Shown here: positions 34,141-47,239 of the stretch, one piece after another | Layout of the letters: the number at the start of each line of letters is the position of its first letter | How positions within the stretch are numbered: the first letter of the stretch is position 1 | NCBI GenBank assembly: GCA_013239625.1 | Contig: MU054204.1 | Location: 334,879 to 398,878 of the forward strand | Direction: 5' to 3' | Length of the DNA stretch: 64,000 nucleotides | DNA from: Lama guanicoe | Lineage: Eukaryota | The notes under the pieces: model-generated | Database searches by the model: none | The model's input: only the letters and a program-made list of their open reading frames with translations | What the model was told of the DNA's origin: nothing | Position numbers and translations under genes: made by a program

Positions 34141-37100
34141 AAGAAGAGGCAGCCCACTTTGGTTTGATTTAGGCCTGTGAAGTTAAAGATCAAAGGTTTT
34201 GGATCCCCATGTCAGTGACAAACAGTGACATACTTACCAGACATGCTTCATCTCTCTCTTAGCTAGGATTTGTTTTGCTAGAATTCTCCATCAACCAGCA
34301 CTTCCACTTATGTCTATGATAACTTGACATTTCTGAAGGACTACATCCCCAGAATTTGTGAATCTGCAAATTTGTCACCACCACTACAACATAGAACCTC
34401 CCCACCCCAACTAATGAACATTTTCTTATCTGGCTCAGAACCATTACTTTCTCAAGACCTTTACATTTCTCTTCACTCCCATCATCAGCACTAGTTTGCA
34501 AATAGTTTGCATTTCAGTGCCATTATTCACAAGGAAGCACATTTTCTCTCTACCATGGTTACTGTGCACCTGTATACCTTGACAATAACTAGAGACCCAT
34601 CAAGTCACATTGAGATGGCAGTGCCAAGTGGTTGACTAGGCTCCCTCCTTTGCTTGGTGAATTGCCCTACAAACTAGTACTATGATGCCTTGCAAGTCAA
34701 ATTCATACCCTCTGCAGAATGACCAGTTACTACATTTCATGGATCTTTAGGGTGATTCTCAAAGGGTTGACACCTCAAATGTTAAATACATGCATGCCAA
34801 AGAACTACCCTATATAATAATTGTTATTCATCACTGAGTGCCTTGAATACCTTTTAAACTATCTGAGATAGAATCATGTTCTTTATAACTTTGGTATCAA
34901 GTCTATTCCATTGTATTCTAGGGCTTTGAAATCCAGTACATTAACATCTGGTATACATGAGGACCCAAATATACACAAATTGCTTTCTCCCCCAGCACGT
35001 GCAATGTTTAATGATAGTGGAACACCAAAGTTCCTTAAGTAGCATCAAGATTCCTGGAAGTTTATGGACCTCCAGTATACCCATTATTTTATTTTGTAAA
35101 TCTTCATCCCATTTGTCACATGGGTGGTATGTATATAGTTAATTAATGCATTTTATTTTGAGAGATTTTTTTTAAATGGCTTTATACCTCTTAAGATACC
35201 CTGGTGAGTTGGGAACCTGGTAGGCGGTGACTGCTTAGAGCATCACAAAGTGTGATCAGGAACCAGCAGTTTCATCATCATCTGGGAAATTGTTAGAAAT
35301 AAAAATTCTCCACCCCCCCACCTGAGACCTACTAAATCAGAAATTCTGGGGGTAAGACTGAGCAACCTGTGTTTGAATAAGCCCTCCAAGTGATTCTGCT
35401 GTATGCTCAAGTTTCAGAACCACTGGATATTGGAGAATAGAGCCTCAGTAACCTCGGCCAGCCTGATCCTCAGTTAAATTGTTCACGTGGATATCAAACC
35501 CTCCAGGTCCCTTGACGATATGTTATGTACGATATGATATGTAATAAAATTTCTTTTACTAAATCTCTTGAGAAGTTTATGAGAATGCTGAAGAGGCAGC
35601 ATGTTATGGTGATAAAAGCATGGGCACTGGAGTCAGATGGACCTTCATGGTACCTCTCCTCGCTGCTCATTCTTTTTATGTTCCCTCAGTTGTTTAACCT
35701 CCCTGAGCCTCATTTCTAACATGGACAAGAGAATACTCATACTAGAAGATTGTCTCAAGGGTCAAATGAGATCGAGTCAGTTAATTGTCCAGTTCTGTGC
35801 CTGACCTGTGATGGACTCACATGTTCAAGAGCGATCATGACCATCTCTTAGCACCATGTCTAAGGGGTCCTGAAGCATAATGGGAAGACCTTCTTGGAAA
35901 CTCCAAATTAGGATCATTGGAGAGAGGGAGCTAGGCTTCACCCAGGAGAGCCTCAATAAAGCAAGGACCCTTCCGATCTCTTCAAAGGACACTGCTCCAG
36001 CCTCCTGGGGGCTGTAAAAGGTTCAGGAAGAGTCCTGACAGTTGCATCTGTTGTTGCCAGCCTAATTATTCCTCACTTGAAATTCTGTGGCCCCAGAGGT
36101 GGAGAAGAGTGGCCACAATAAGCTCTCTGGGCCCTTGTTCCCTCCGTGCGTAGCCTCCTTGTGTCTCACTTCCTGGATCTTGCAAATACTTCCTTCAGCC
36201 ATAAGCTGGGAGTGGCTGTTTCTCTTGGAGCAGTCTTATCTTTTGGCTGCCGACAAAATGCGGGGAAAAAGGGAGAGGGGCTGGAACTGTGCATTCTGGC
36301 TGCTGAGATCCTGGAATGCCAAGCTATTGTGGTGAGTTTAAAAACAAAAATTCCAAACAGGACAACTTCAAAAAGCCTGAGGAGGAGAAGGGAGGTGATT
36401 TTTCAGTCTCTGCAATTATCAGTTTTCATTTTCAATTACAATGAAGCCAAAAAAAAAAAAAGATTGTAACAAAAGGGGAAAATCTATTCATCAGAAGAAC
36501 AGGCGACCTGTGCCGAGAGGAAGAGAGAAGAAATGCCCAGGACTTGGCACGTGATTTGCTTTTGTTTTTTGAGATGGAGTCTCTTTGCTGGTGTCAACAA
36601 AGCCCTTTCTCATACTTAGCTTTCATTCCTCCTCCCCTCCCTTCAGCATGAGCTAAAGTCTTTGTGAACACCTTGGGGATGAATACAGTGAAGGTACCTT
36701 GGGCCTCACCCCAGGCAACCTTGCTTCAGTGGGCTTGTCCCTGGGAGCCATATAAGGCAAAAGTTTCTGTCTGGACACTACTATTTCTTACTAGCTGGGA
36801 AAATGAATTATCCTTGCCAAGCCTCAGGATCCTCATCTACAAACTAGCAAAATGGTAACTCCTTCAATGAGCCAGTGTGACGATTCATAGAACTACATAC
36901 GTGAAAGTGCCTAAGACAGTGCCTGACACATAGTAAGTAAAAAACTGTAGTCCTTTTCCCTTAATCAAGCTCCTTTTCTTCTTCCCTTCCAGGGAAGAAT
37001 CCTGACTTGATCCCAAAGCAGAGTTGTAGATTTCTACACATATAAGAGGCTTGAGCCCTTTGAAAAGAGGACCTCTAGAAACTAGTATCCTTGGCTTGAG

Positions 37101-38699
37101 CCTGATACACTTCAGTGAAAGCCTCCCATTCACCAGTCAGCTTCAGCCATTAGTGCCTGGAAAGCAAGGGCTATGGTTTTACTCCTCTTAGATCTAGTCA
37201 CCTTGCACAGTGTAATACTCAATAAGAGCTTGGAATGACTCGTGCACACACTGGCCCAGCTGATCCTATGGAGGGAGTCTTGCCTACTTCTGCTCCCCTG
37301 ATGTAAGTGACTCAGCAAGGTTCAGACTGGTCTTATCCAGGCAATGTTGGTGGAAGGGCAGTGCTTTTCAAATTAGGATTGATGCAGAGAATAGCAATTT
37401 CCGGGTCGCCTTGCTAGAGCCCCATACCTCCAGATAGTGCCCAAGTGCTGTGAATTGGGGCACCAAATGTCCCTAGAAGAGTCTGCTCCTTTTCTTCCAA
37501 CTGATTCTGGAGTTGGCTACTTAGAGGTAAATTCTGTAAGGCAGACATAAATGATAAGTACCTAAATAAGACAACTGAGAATATCCAGTCTTGTTGATCT
37601 TCACACTGCTCTTAAACCTAAATTTTCCTTTTATTATCTCTCCCATTATAGTGTATGAGAAGAGTGAGTGAGTGAACCTAGGTTTAAAATCCTTGGTTAT
37701 CCAGGGCCTCTTGGCCAGACAGCCATGTGGCTGAGCTGGGACCCTAGGTTTCCTGGTTTCTTGGCTATTGAGCAGGCTTGAACATTAACCAGGGGGCAGT
37801 GGAGCCCAGCTCCCTGGATGGGAACAAGGAGCAGGGCTGAAGCATATAGCAGTGCAGGTTGTACACTGAACAATTTTCATGACCATATGCAGTCACCCTG
37901 AGTAAGGGACTTCACTCTTAACAATAAACATCATTCTGTCGTTTATTAATCACCTTTCCATGTACCCAGCACCATTGCTAGGTCTTTTTTACTTAGTTAA
38001 CCCTCACAGAAGCTTTGCAAGACAAATATTTTACTGAAACAGAGATAAATTACTTTGCTCAAGGTCATGCAGCTTTGGGGTTAGGGAGGCAGATTTTTAA
38101 ATTTGATTGGAATTCAGACCCAAGACTCTCTAACACTGTGTCCTTTCCGTTCTTCTCTGTTGCCTTTCCTGTGCCCTGGCTAGGGAAGAGGAAAGGGTAG
38201 TAAATTTGATGACTAGCAAGAAGCAGGGTTTTTCTTACCAGAGCGGTAAGACATCAGCCCAACTGGGGCCTTTGGAGATATTCCTTTCACCACCTGAATT
38301 TCATAAGATCTAGACTTGGAGACCTCTGCCCGCAAACCACAACACTGTCATCTTTTTTACCCTGGACCTTTGTTTCCATAGTATGGTCCCTGAACCGCTG
38401 GTATTAAAACCCTTGGGGCAAACTGTTTAAAATGCAGGTTCCCAGGCCCCACCACTGTGGTATTAAATCTCCATTTCTAGAAGTGGAGTCGATGAATTTG
38501 CATTTTAAACATCTTTAGGTAATTCCCAGTGAGGGCCACTTTGATGACGAACAACTGTCCTAGACCAATGGTTTCCAACTTTTTAGATCATGCACCCTTC
38601 TCAGAAAGAATTTTTTGAGCATGCACCTTCAGTATATGTTGGTAATTTATTAATAAATCTCTTCTATCTACTTCTGTTCTAATATTTGTTTTTAAATGA

Positions 38700-39960
38700 A
38701 AAATGGTGAGGGTTTTTCATTAGTATTCTTCAGTGAGAATGGGCCCTAGTTTTCCTTTATGTATGTTCTAGTTGTTGGATTTTGGCATTTGGCAGGATTC
38801 TTTTCTTCTCCCCCTGTTCTCCAGATTTCAGAGTCTAGAAAATATAAATAGCAATGGGGTTGTCTGTTCCTTGAAGGCTGGTAGAATGAACACAAGACTA
38901 TAAGAGTGTGCTAATTTTGGGTTGTCAAATTTATCAATTTTTTTTACTGTGGTAACTGGGGGTTTAGATGTTTTCATTCTTCTGCAGTTTTGGTAATTTT
39001 TGTTTTCCTATAAAACTCTTCTAAGTTTTCAAATTTGTTTTCATAGGGCAGAGTAAATGGTTCTCTTACTCTTTTCATTTACTCTGTAACTGTGGTTATT
39101 TCTCCATTTCTAATTTTGTGCATTTAGGGTTTTTAATTAGATTAGCAAGTGGTTTATCTGTTTTACTGTTTTATATTTTCTTTTGAAGAAAGCTTTTGGC
39201 TTTAATTATTAGCTCCATCATTTGTTTTCCAGTGTATTAATTTCCGCCATTAGTTTTCTTTCTGCTTTGCTTAGGTCTATTTTGGGGGCTCTTAACTTCT
39301 TTTGTTGAAAGCATAATTCATTTATTCTAATTTGTTCTTATGCATTAATGTAAGTATTTGACTATAAATGTTCCTTTAACTATTGCTTTAATCAACCATA
39401 TCCTCTAGTTTCTGATATTTTCATTGTTGTTATTTTCTAGGTATTCTACAATTTCAGATTAGATTTCCTCTTTGACTAGAGTGGAAGATATTTTTTACCT
39501 CTTATTTTCTATGTGCTTGAAGTTTTTGTTTTTTCATTTTTGTTATTAATTTATAGTGTTGCTGTATTGTGGTTGGATACTAATCTACCATACTGGAAGT
39601 CTGCACTACTTCCACTTTTTGACTTAATATATAGTCAATTAAAATTTTTTCAATGGGCTCTTGAAAATTTTGAAAGTAGAATCTCTTTTTAGTGTATGAA
39701 GAAATTTAGATTCTTTTGATTGTCATTATCTGTCATCAGCTGAAACAGTCTTATATTTTGTTTCTGCTTTTTTCTACCTTTGCATTTTCTATACAATCAC
39801 TTTATGAATTTTGATTCTATGTTATTTGGTACATAAATATTCAAGGTAATTAGATCTTAATTATGTTTTCTAATCATTAATATTATAGTGACCTTCTTTG
39901 TCTTGTTTTTTTGCTTTTCGCCTTTAATTCAACTTTCTAATGCTATGAGTATCATGGCCC
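38700..39960 (-). mobile_element. Very old antisense L1 fragment
   Basis: T-rich sequence with L1 antisense motifs (agtggtttatctgttttactgt, tttcctctttgac, ttctatgttatttggtacata). Confidence 0.55.
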
Positions 39961-41064
39961 TTGGGGTATTTTTTGGAATTAGATCATTTATTAAATGTTT
40001 ATTGAATGCCTGCATTGTGCCAGGCACTAGGTACCAGATGAATGAGGCACACAAGATCTCTGCCCTTATGGGGATGTACACTCTGAGAAAGACAAAATAG
40101 AAAAAGGATAATTAAAAATAAGTTGTCTCTACTTTAGATTAAGTGGTCAGGAAAGGTCTCTCTGCCTAATAGCATTTGTCATCCTGTTACTTTCCACTCA
40201 CTACCTTGTTTGTTTGTTTGTTTCCTGAGGGGGGAAGTACCAGGTGGAACAGTTTGTACACAAGGGATTATTATCATCTTAAGGAGCTATAGGTGGGCGA
40301 AGGTCCAAATGAGAGAGCATGGGGATGTGTGGCTATGAATTTCTGATCCACATGAGGGATGAGCTAGCCAGGATGGGAGATGAGGGGAGTGAAGGAGGTC
40401 TTGCTTTCCGTCCTATCTGAGTGTGGCTATTGTGTATTATTATTTTTTAAGGAAATTTTCCCAGTCGTCAACATGACTATTGAATGGACATTCTGTCTGA
40501 TGATTTAATTGAACTGCTGGAATTTCCTGACAGTAGGCAGTACTTAGCATGATGCTGATTGCTCACAGGCTACAGCAGGAAACCAGATCTTCAGGCTTAC
40601 AGGGCTTAACTGTTTAAACTCTGAGACTAAAGAGATATCCTTCGACTTTGGTTATTCTTTATTATACAGAAGTTTGACTTTTTATACATACATAAATAAA
40701 CCTGGACTTCTGTTCCTTGAGTATACTTTTCCAATACTTATGAGAGTCTTATTTCACCTCACAAATGACAATTTTTTACTTTTCTGATTTTTTTCTTATA
40801 AGTATATAATATATATATATGTATATACATATATTAACGTTTTACACACACATACCCTTAACTCTTGAATCTGAAATTCATTTTGGTATATCATATATGG
40901 TGCAGCTCTAAATAAAACTGCTCTGAAATTGTCTCAAAAATATCTATTAATTTTTCTTTATCTTCTGACTTTGGAAGGTGAATTGTATGGAATTATATGA
41001 CATTTTTATAGATAGTTTGATATGTTTCTGGACTTTCTCTTCTGTAGAAAAATATTTTATTATA

Positions 41065-42118
41065 CAGTAGTTCCCCCTTACCCATGGGAGATACATTCCA
41101 AGACCCCGCCATGGATGCCTGAAACCACAGATAGTACCAAACCCTGTGTATACTGTTTTTTCCTACACATACATACCTATGATAAAGTTTAATTTATAAA
41201 TTAGGCAGAGTAATAAATTAACAATGACTAATATTATAATAGAACATTATAAACAATATATGTGAATGCTGTCTCTCTCCTTAATCAGTTTCCTCAACTC
41301 AGCCAGAAATGTGGCAGTGGCTTCTTCACTGGCAGATGCAGCCTCTACAGTATTTTTCTATATTTCAGTCCAAGCCTATTCCTGAATCTTTGTAATTATC
41401 CCTTTCTTGCAGTAAATGGCTGGTGTCACTCATTTCAGGGGATCCCTTGCTGAAGTCTTCATAGAGACTCCGTACTTTCTGGCACAACACGTTGCCATCA
41501 ATAAGAATGCGTTTTCTGTTCATGTTCTTCCACCCACAGATTTAATACCTTTTCCATCTTAACTTAGCACATATCATGCACTGTGACAGAACTTGCAGTT
41601 TGAGGTGTGACAGCAAAACTAGCAAGAATTTCTTTTTCCTTCTTTACAATGTTATGGATTTGTTCTTACTGTAGATCTTAGCAACCTCAGCATATGATTT
41701 TTTTCTTTCCTTATTAAGTCGAGGACTTTCCTCTTGTCACTTAAAAGAAGCACTTTACAGCTTCTCTTTGGCAGATCCAAATTGCCAGCATCACTACTCA
41801 TGGGCCTTGGGGCCACTATTAAGTAAAATAAAGGTTACTTCAACACAAGCACTGTGATACTGTGACAGTCGATCTGATAACCTAGATGGCTACTAAGTGA
41901 CTAATGGGTGGGATCTGCTAGACAAAGAAATGATTTATATCCTGGGCAGGATGGAGCAGGACAGTGGGAGATTTCATCACACTGCTTAGAATAGCACACA
42001 ATTTAAAATTTATAATTGTTTATTTCTGGAAGTTTTCATTTATTATTTTTCAGACAATGGTTGACTACAGTTAACTGAAACTGTGGCTAGTGAAACAGCA
42101 GATAAATGGGGACTACTG
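41065..42118 (-). mobile_element. Tigger7/MER44-family TcMar DNA transposon, internally deleted, 1054 bp
   Basis: TIRs cagtagttcccccttacc and gataaatggggactactg, TA duplications at 41063-41064 and 42119-42120. The minus strand keeps a frameshifted CENP-B-type transposase remnant (KMEKVLNLWVE..NRKRILIDGNVLCQK..SLYEDFSKGSPE). Confidence 0.88.
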
Positions 42119-43056
42119 TATCTTGCTTTATTTTGCAAGTTAACAGAATTCTATAGTTAAAAATTCCTGTTGAGAATTCCAATTGGAATTGTGTTATAAG
42201 GGGATAGGGGTTTTTTTTTTGAAGTATAGTTAGTTTACAATGTTGTGTCAATTTCTGGTGTACAGCATCATGTTTCAGTCATGCATGTACATACATATAT
42301 TCATTGTTATATGTTTTTTCAGAAGGAGATAGTTTAAATCCAAAATAGCAGGTATTTGTGAATGGCCTGCTTGATGTTTTTCGGTACAAGAACATGGACA
42401 GAAAGTATACATGTCAAATTCATGACATAGCTTTCAGGTAGAGAGGCAGCAGGGGAATAGAAGTGAGGAGTGAAGCAAAGGATGTTATTTATTTATTTTT
42501 AAAAAGTCATGACATATAGATGGAGAAGTGTTAAAACGTGCTAAATTCTGGGCAGTAGATGGGAACGTGAACGTTTATTACAGCAGTCTCTGTATGTTTT
42601 CAAATATTGGAAAACTTTCCTCATTAAAAACAACAAACCGAAACAACAGATATAGCAGGATAACCACTCTTGCAAACCCCAGAACACAGCACATTCAATC
42701 TGAGTACTACAAACAGAGTGGGGTAGTGTGTGTATCTAGCCTTTGGAGCGAGACTTTCCATGTTTGAATCCTCGCTCTGCCCCTTACTAGCTTTATGACC
42801 CCGAGCAATTAATTAACCTGTCCATGCCTCCGTTTCCCAAGCTGTAAAACCAGGACAATAATAACACCTACTTCCTAGGGTGATTGTGAGGATTAAATAA
42901 ATTAAGACATGGAAAGTACTTAAAACAGTACCTGGCACTTAGTACATGCTCAGTGTCTGCTGTCAATATTATAGATGGTATATTAGCATTACTATTATTA
43001 TTATTACATTTACTACCTATATTGTTTTGTAGCCATTTAAAATTTTATGTAAGTTG

Positions 43057-43212
43057 AGGAGGGGAGAGGGTATAGCTCAGTGGTAGAGCACATGTTTAGC
43101 ATGCACGAGGTCCTGGGGTTCAATACCCAGTACCTCCATTAAAAAATAAATAAATAAACCTAATTACCTCACCCCCCCCCAAGAAAAAACCAAAAAAATT
43201 TTAAAAATAAGT
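43057..43212 (+). mobile_element. tRNA-Ala-derived SINE ~85 nt upstream of exon 6
   Basis: TSD aaaatttta(t/c)gtaa at 43039-43052 and 43213-43226. Confidence 0.9.
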
Positions 43213-43298
43213 AAAATTTTACGTAAATGATGTCATCGAAAATTTTGGAGCCATCGCAATTTGCTGGTTTCACACAACCTTCGTCTGCTATTTTGCAG

Positions 43299-44060
43299 GG
43301 AAATTGCTCATTCCAAGGCTAGCTTTTCATGGGCAACCCCCTTCCATCCTTGTCTTGAGAACCCAGCACTGGACTTGTCAAGCCACCGAGCTGTCTCTTC
43401 TCTTGACCTCCTTGGAGACTTCAAGCACGCCTCCAAAAAAACAGAGGAAACTTCCGTCTATGAAGAGGAGAGTTCCATGTCCTCCACGCCCCGTCCGCTA
43501 CGTGGCCGGGCCTTCTCAGAGAGCCACATCAGCTTGGAGCCCCAGAGCTCCCAGGCCTGGGGGCAGCATAGGAAGGAGCTCTTTACCAAAGTTGATGAGA
43601 CCCAGCCGGATCGCCTGGGTGCCAGGAAGAAGACCTTTCCTCCTCCTCGCCCTCCTCCTCCCAACTGGGAAAAATACCGCCTCTTTCGTGCAGCCCAGCA
43701 GCAACAGCAGAAGCAGCAAACGCAGCAGCAAGAGGAGGAGGAGGAAGAGGAAGAGGAGGAAGAAGGGGTGGAGGAGGAGGAAGAGGAGGAGGAGGAGGGG
43801 GAAGAGGAGGAGCTACCACCCCAGTATTTCAGTTCAGAAACCACTGGTTCTGGTGCCCTCAATCCCGAAGAGGTCCTGAAGCAGCAGGGCTCCAAAAGCC
43901 TTCCAGCAGAGCAAGAATCCTTTGCTCTCCATTCCATTGATTTTCTGCCTCCAGTAAGGGGTCACTTGGGATCTCAGCCGGAGAAGGCTCAGCCCCCTTG
44001 CTACTATGGCATTGGTGGCCATTGGAGGACGTCAGAGCAGGAGACCGCTGATTCCCCCAA
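43299..44060 (+). CDS. SHROOM4: SHROOM4 exon 6 equivalent, 762 nt (RAFSESH motif, Pro-rich motif, polyQ/polyE)
   Basis: Lies within ORF 43261-44064. Acceptor ttttgcAG|G and donor CCAA|GTAAGT, phase 2-2. Encodes EIAHSKASFSW...RGRAFSESHIS...FPPPRPPPPNWEKY...DSP(K). Confidence 0.96.
43696..43812 (+). repeat. SHROOM4: Coding (CAG)n/(GAG)n repeat: Q5KQ2TQ3 E11GVE9GE4
   Basis: Read directly from exon 6. Confidence 0.95.
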
Positions 44061-47000
44061 GTAAGTGCTTATGAAAGACATTTAGCCCTTAAAGAGGCAG
44101 CAGTGTGAGGTTCACTTCCACCTCCACCATTTCCCAGCTGCATGACCTTGGGCTGGGCAAACTTTTCCTAGACTCAGTTCTCTCACCCGGAAAATGGGCA
44201 TGATGATACCTATTCCACGTGGTTGTTGCGATCATGAGGATAATGCATGTAAGGCATAGCCCCATGCTTAGTGCAGAGTTAGTGCTCAGTAAGTGGTGGT
44301 TGTGGGTGTTCTTATCCCTAAATATCACTATCAAGATGCTATACTTACTGTTTCTCAGTTTGTCTTTAAGGTATGCATCCATTTCTGGCCCCTGAGCCAG
44401 AAAACCTTAAACAGCTTGTGGCCCTTTCCAGAAGCCTGGCTCTGGCCCTTTTCTGCCTTTTCTCCTACTTGCTCTCTCAAACAAGAGGCCAGCTCACCAC
44501 CTGACCTGCCTGAGCTTCTAAACTCTTCCCCCACCCCCAGGATCAAAGGTGTTCCTGGGGTTGGGTGCTTTATGCCCCGATCATTCCTTACAACAGTCAA
44601 AAGCATGCTTTTCCTCTTCCACTTTCTCCATCATCCACACCCGTGTTTCCTCTGCCTTTTTGCATTTGCTTCAATGTGCAGATGGTACTACCAAAAGTAG
44701 TAGTTGACAGGGTCAGCTGCCTGGGCAGGGAGGCCAAAGCCGGAGTGTGGTCTGGCCACAGGACTCTTCTATTCACTGTGGAAAGCTCTCCCCTACTCTC
44801 TGCTGGGGATGGAGGTGGGGGTGGTGTCAATCCTTTAAGTGCTGTCTTTAAATGCCTCTATAGAAGGGAATTGCCTGAGATTTGTTGCTATGAGAAGTCC
44901 CTGGTTATTGTGTCTTTTACTGACAGGCAAATCCATTGCTTGGCTATCTGGAGCTAGTTGAGAACTTTTCCAGCCTAAGGTGTCACAAGCCCAGCCCTTA
45001 GAGGGCCTGGTTCCCAGACCCTGTGAGAATCTCTTATCAGATTCCTAGTGGCTGCTTCTTAAGCTGCTCATCTAGCTGGGGAGCATTCTTACTGGAATTA
45101 AAATACACATGTGGAAAGTGATTGTGATCATTACCTATCATGGCAGGGAGAAGGAAAGGTGACCTAACACATAGTAGGTACTTCATATTTCAGAAGAAGT
45201 AATGAATAAAGGAGTACATGAACATGTATTAAGCATTTTCTATGTGCCAGACACTGCTAGTCATTTCCTGGCTATTATTTCGGTTAATCTTCCCAACAGC
45301 CCGATGGGCCATGATTATCCTTCATTTAGGCTTTATTTAGGTAACTAAAGCTGAGCAAAATATGAGACTGACTGACTCAGAATTACACAGAAAAGATTCA
45401 GAGTTCTTTTCCTCGTGACTATGGGATGCGAGGGGAAACGTGTTTGCACACCACCCTGGCTTGTGGCTGGAAAAAAAAAACAATTACAGAAGCTTCTTTG
45501 AGTGATGGAGATTTCAGGAACCACATCATTCCCAACATAGCTAAGATGTTTTGCCTGTTTACTGTGTGTCGAGCATTCTTCTAAGCACTTCTGTGTATTG
45601 ATTGAGTTAATCTTTGCAACAAGCCTATGAAATACACACCATGAGTCTCCTACATTTTTGTAAGAGGAGAAAAATGAGGCACAGGCAAATAAAGTTGCAG
45701 AAGATCACGGGTAGCCAGAACCCAGATAGTCTGGCCCACTGTGCCCACTATATCACCCCAGGATCTCTGGGCTCCTCGAGAAGATCCTATTCAGACCCTC
45801 CAAGAGCACAGGGTTTTAACCAATGGAAAGTGGCTTTAAGGTTTTGTAAGGGAGAGGAGTGTTAAGAGCAAGTAGATGTGTAATATTTCGAATCTAAAAT
45901 GCAAACAAAAAGACATTCTAATTTCAGCCCAGTTAAACTAGAGTATCTCTATAACCCACATACTATTTAGTTACATGTAGTTAGGATACATGTAGATGCA
46001 GGTTAGTGGAATTATTGAGTGTTGGTTAAATCTAATAACTCTGACTCAAGTCCGGGTATAGTTTGCTTTATGGACTCCATGTATTTCATCTCAGTGTTCT
46101 GTAGAGGGAATCTGATTTTTGCATCAGTATTCATTATCAAAGTCAGATGATGTTCTCATAGATCCTCTATACTCTCTTCCCTTTTAATGGAGATTATCCA
46201 GGAAGGAGCCCTAGAACATAGTGCCTAATATGAAACACTAATACTACAGGACAGGGCCGTGTCTGCTGGGGAGCTGAGTCTCCAATTAGCACATCCTTTA
46301 AAATTGTTTTCTAGTTTTATTGAGATATAATTGACATACAGCCACATCACCCTCTTTTTAAAAAAAAAATTCTCTGCTTTTTTTCCCAGTGCTTTCTGAC
46401 TGAACTCACACACATGCCCTAAACATTTTTCTCGTAGATTGGAATTCCCTAAGTTCATACATTCATCTTCTCTCCAGAATGTTCTCTCTTTCTCTGCTAG
46501 CATATAGTCTAGCCAGAAAATTCCTTACCTGTAGGGTTTTATATGATGTCAAGTTGGCCCTTTGGCAGTAGAACATCGTGGCTAAAAGCACAGGTTCTGG
46601 AGTTAGGTCACCTAGATCTGAATCACGGGTCTGCCACTTACTGTCTGGTGACCCCAGGAAAGTCACTTTCCCTCTCAGTGCCTCATGTTCTTCATCCATA
46701 AAATGGTTGTCATGAGTATTACATTTTATGTCTATATTTACACACACACACGTGCGCACATGTACCTATATATCCTAGGACAGCTCCTGGGCATAGTAAG
46801 CACTGTGTGAATGTTCCCTAGTAGCAGTCCTTTATCACTGCTATTAGCTTAAACATCTACATGTAAAATGAATACCTAAGATGAGAAATATTGGCATGCC
46901 CAAGTTTCTTTTGTGTGATGAATTAGGAGACAGCATAGCATGAATCAGTAAATAGCTGTGGAGCCTTTTAACCATTATTTTTGACCTTTATCTAAGAGCT

Positions 47001-47239
47001 GCAAATAGCTGCAAAAATGACTAATGAGTCTCTCCTGTTTTTTTCCTTTCAAACAGCTAGAGGTTAGTGAAGGGGCAGTGACACACACAGACAGGTGGAG
47101 GGTAGGGATGGCGGGTAGGCAACAAGAATAGAGTAGGGGTGGGCCTCCTCTTTGTATAAACCATAGGCAAAATTATTTGCTCCTCCATCCCTGAAGCCTA
47201 ACATTGAAGCATTTCTTTCCATCTCTTTCTTCACACCAG

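Noticed and set aside
43458..43937. Antisense poly-Ser/Cys ORF and the +1 frame Arg-rich ORF 43304-43879
   Set aside because: Shadow frames of the CAG/GAG repeat, which has no stop codons in the other frames.
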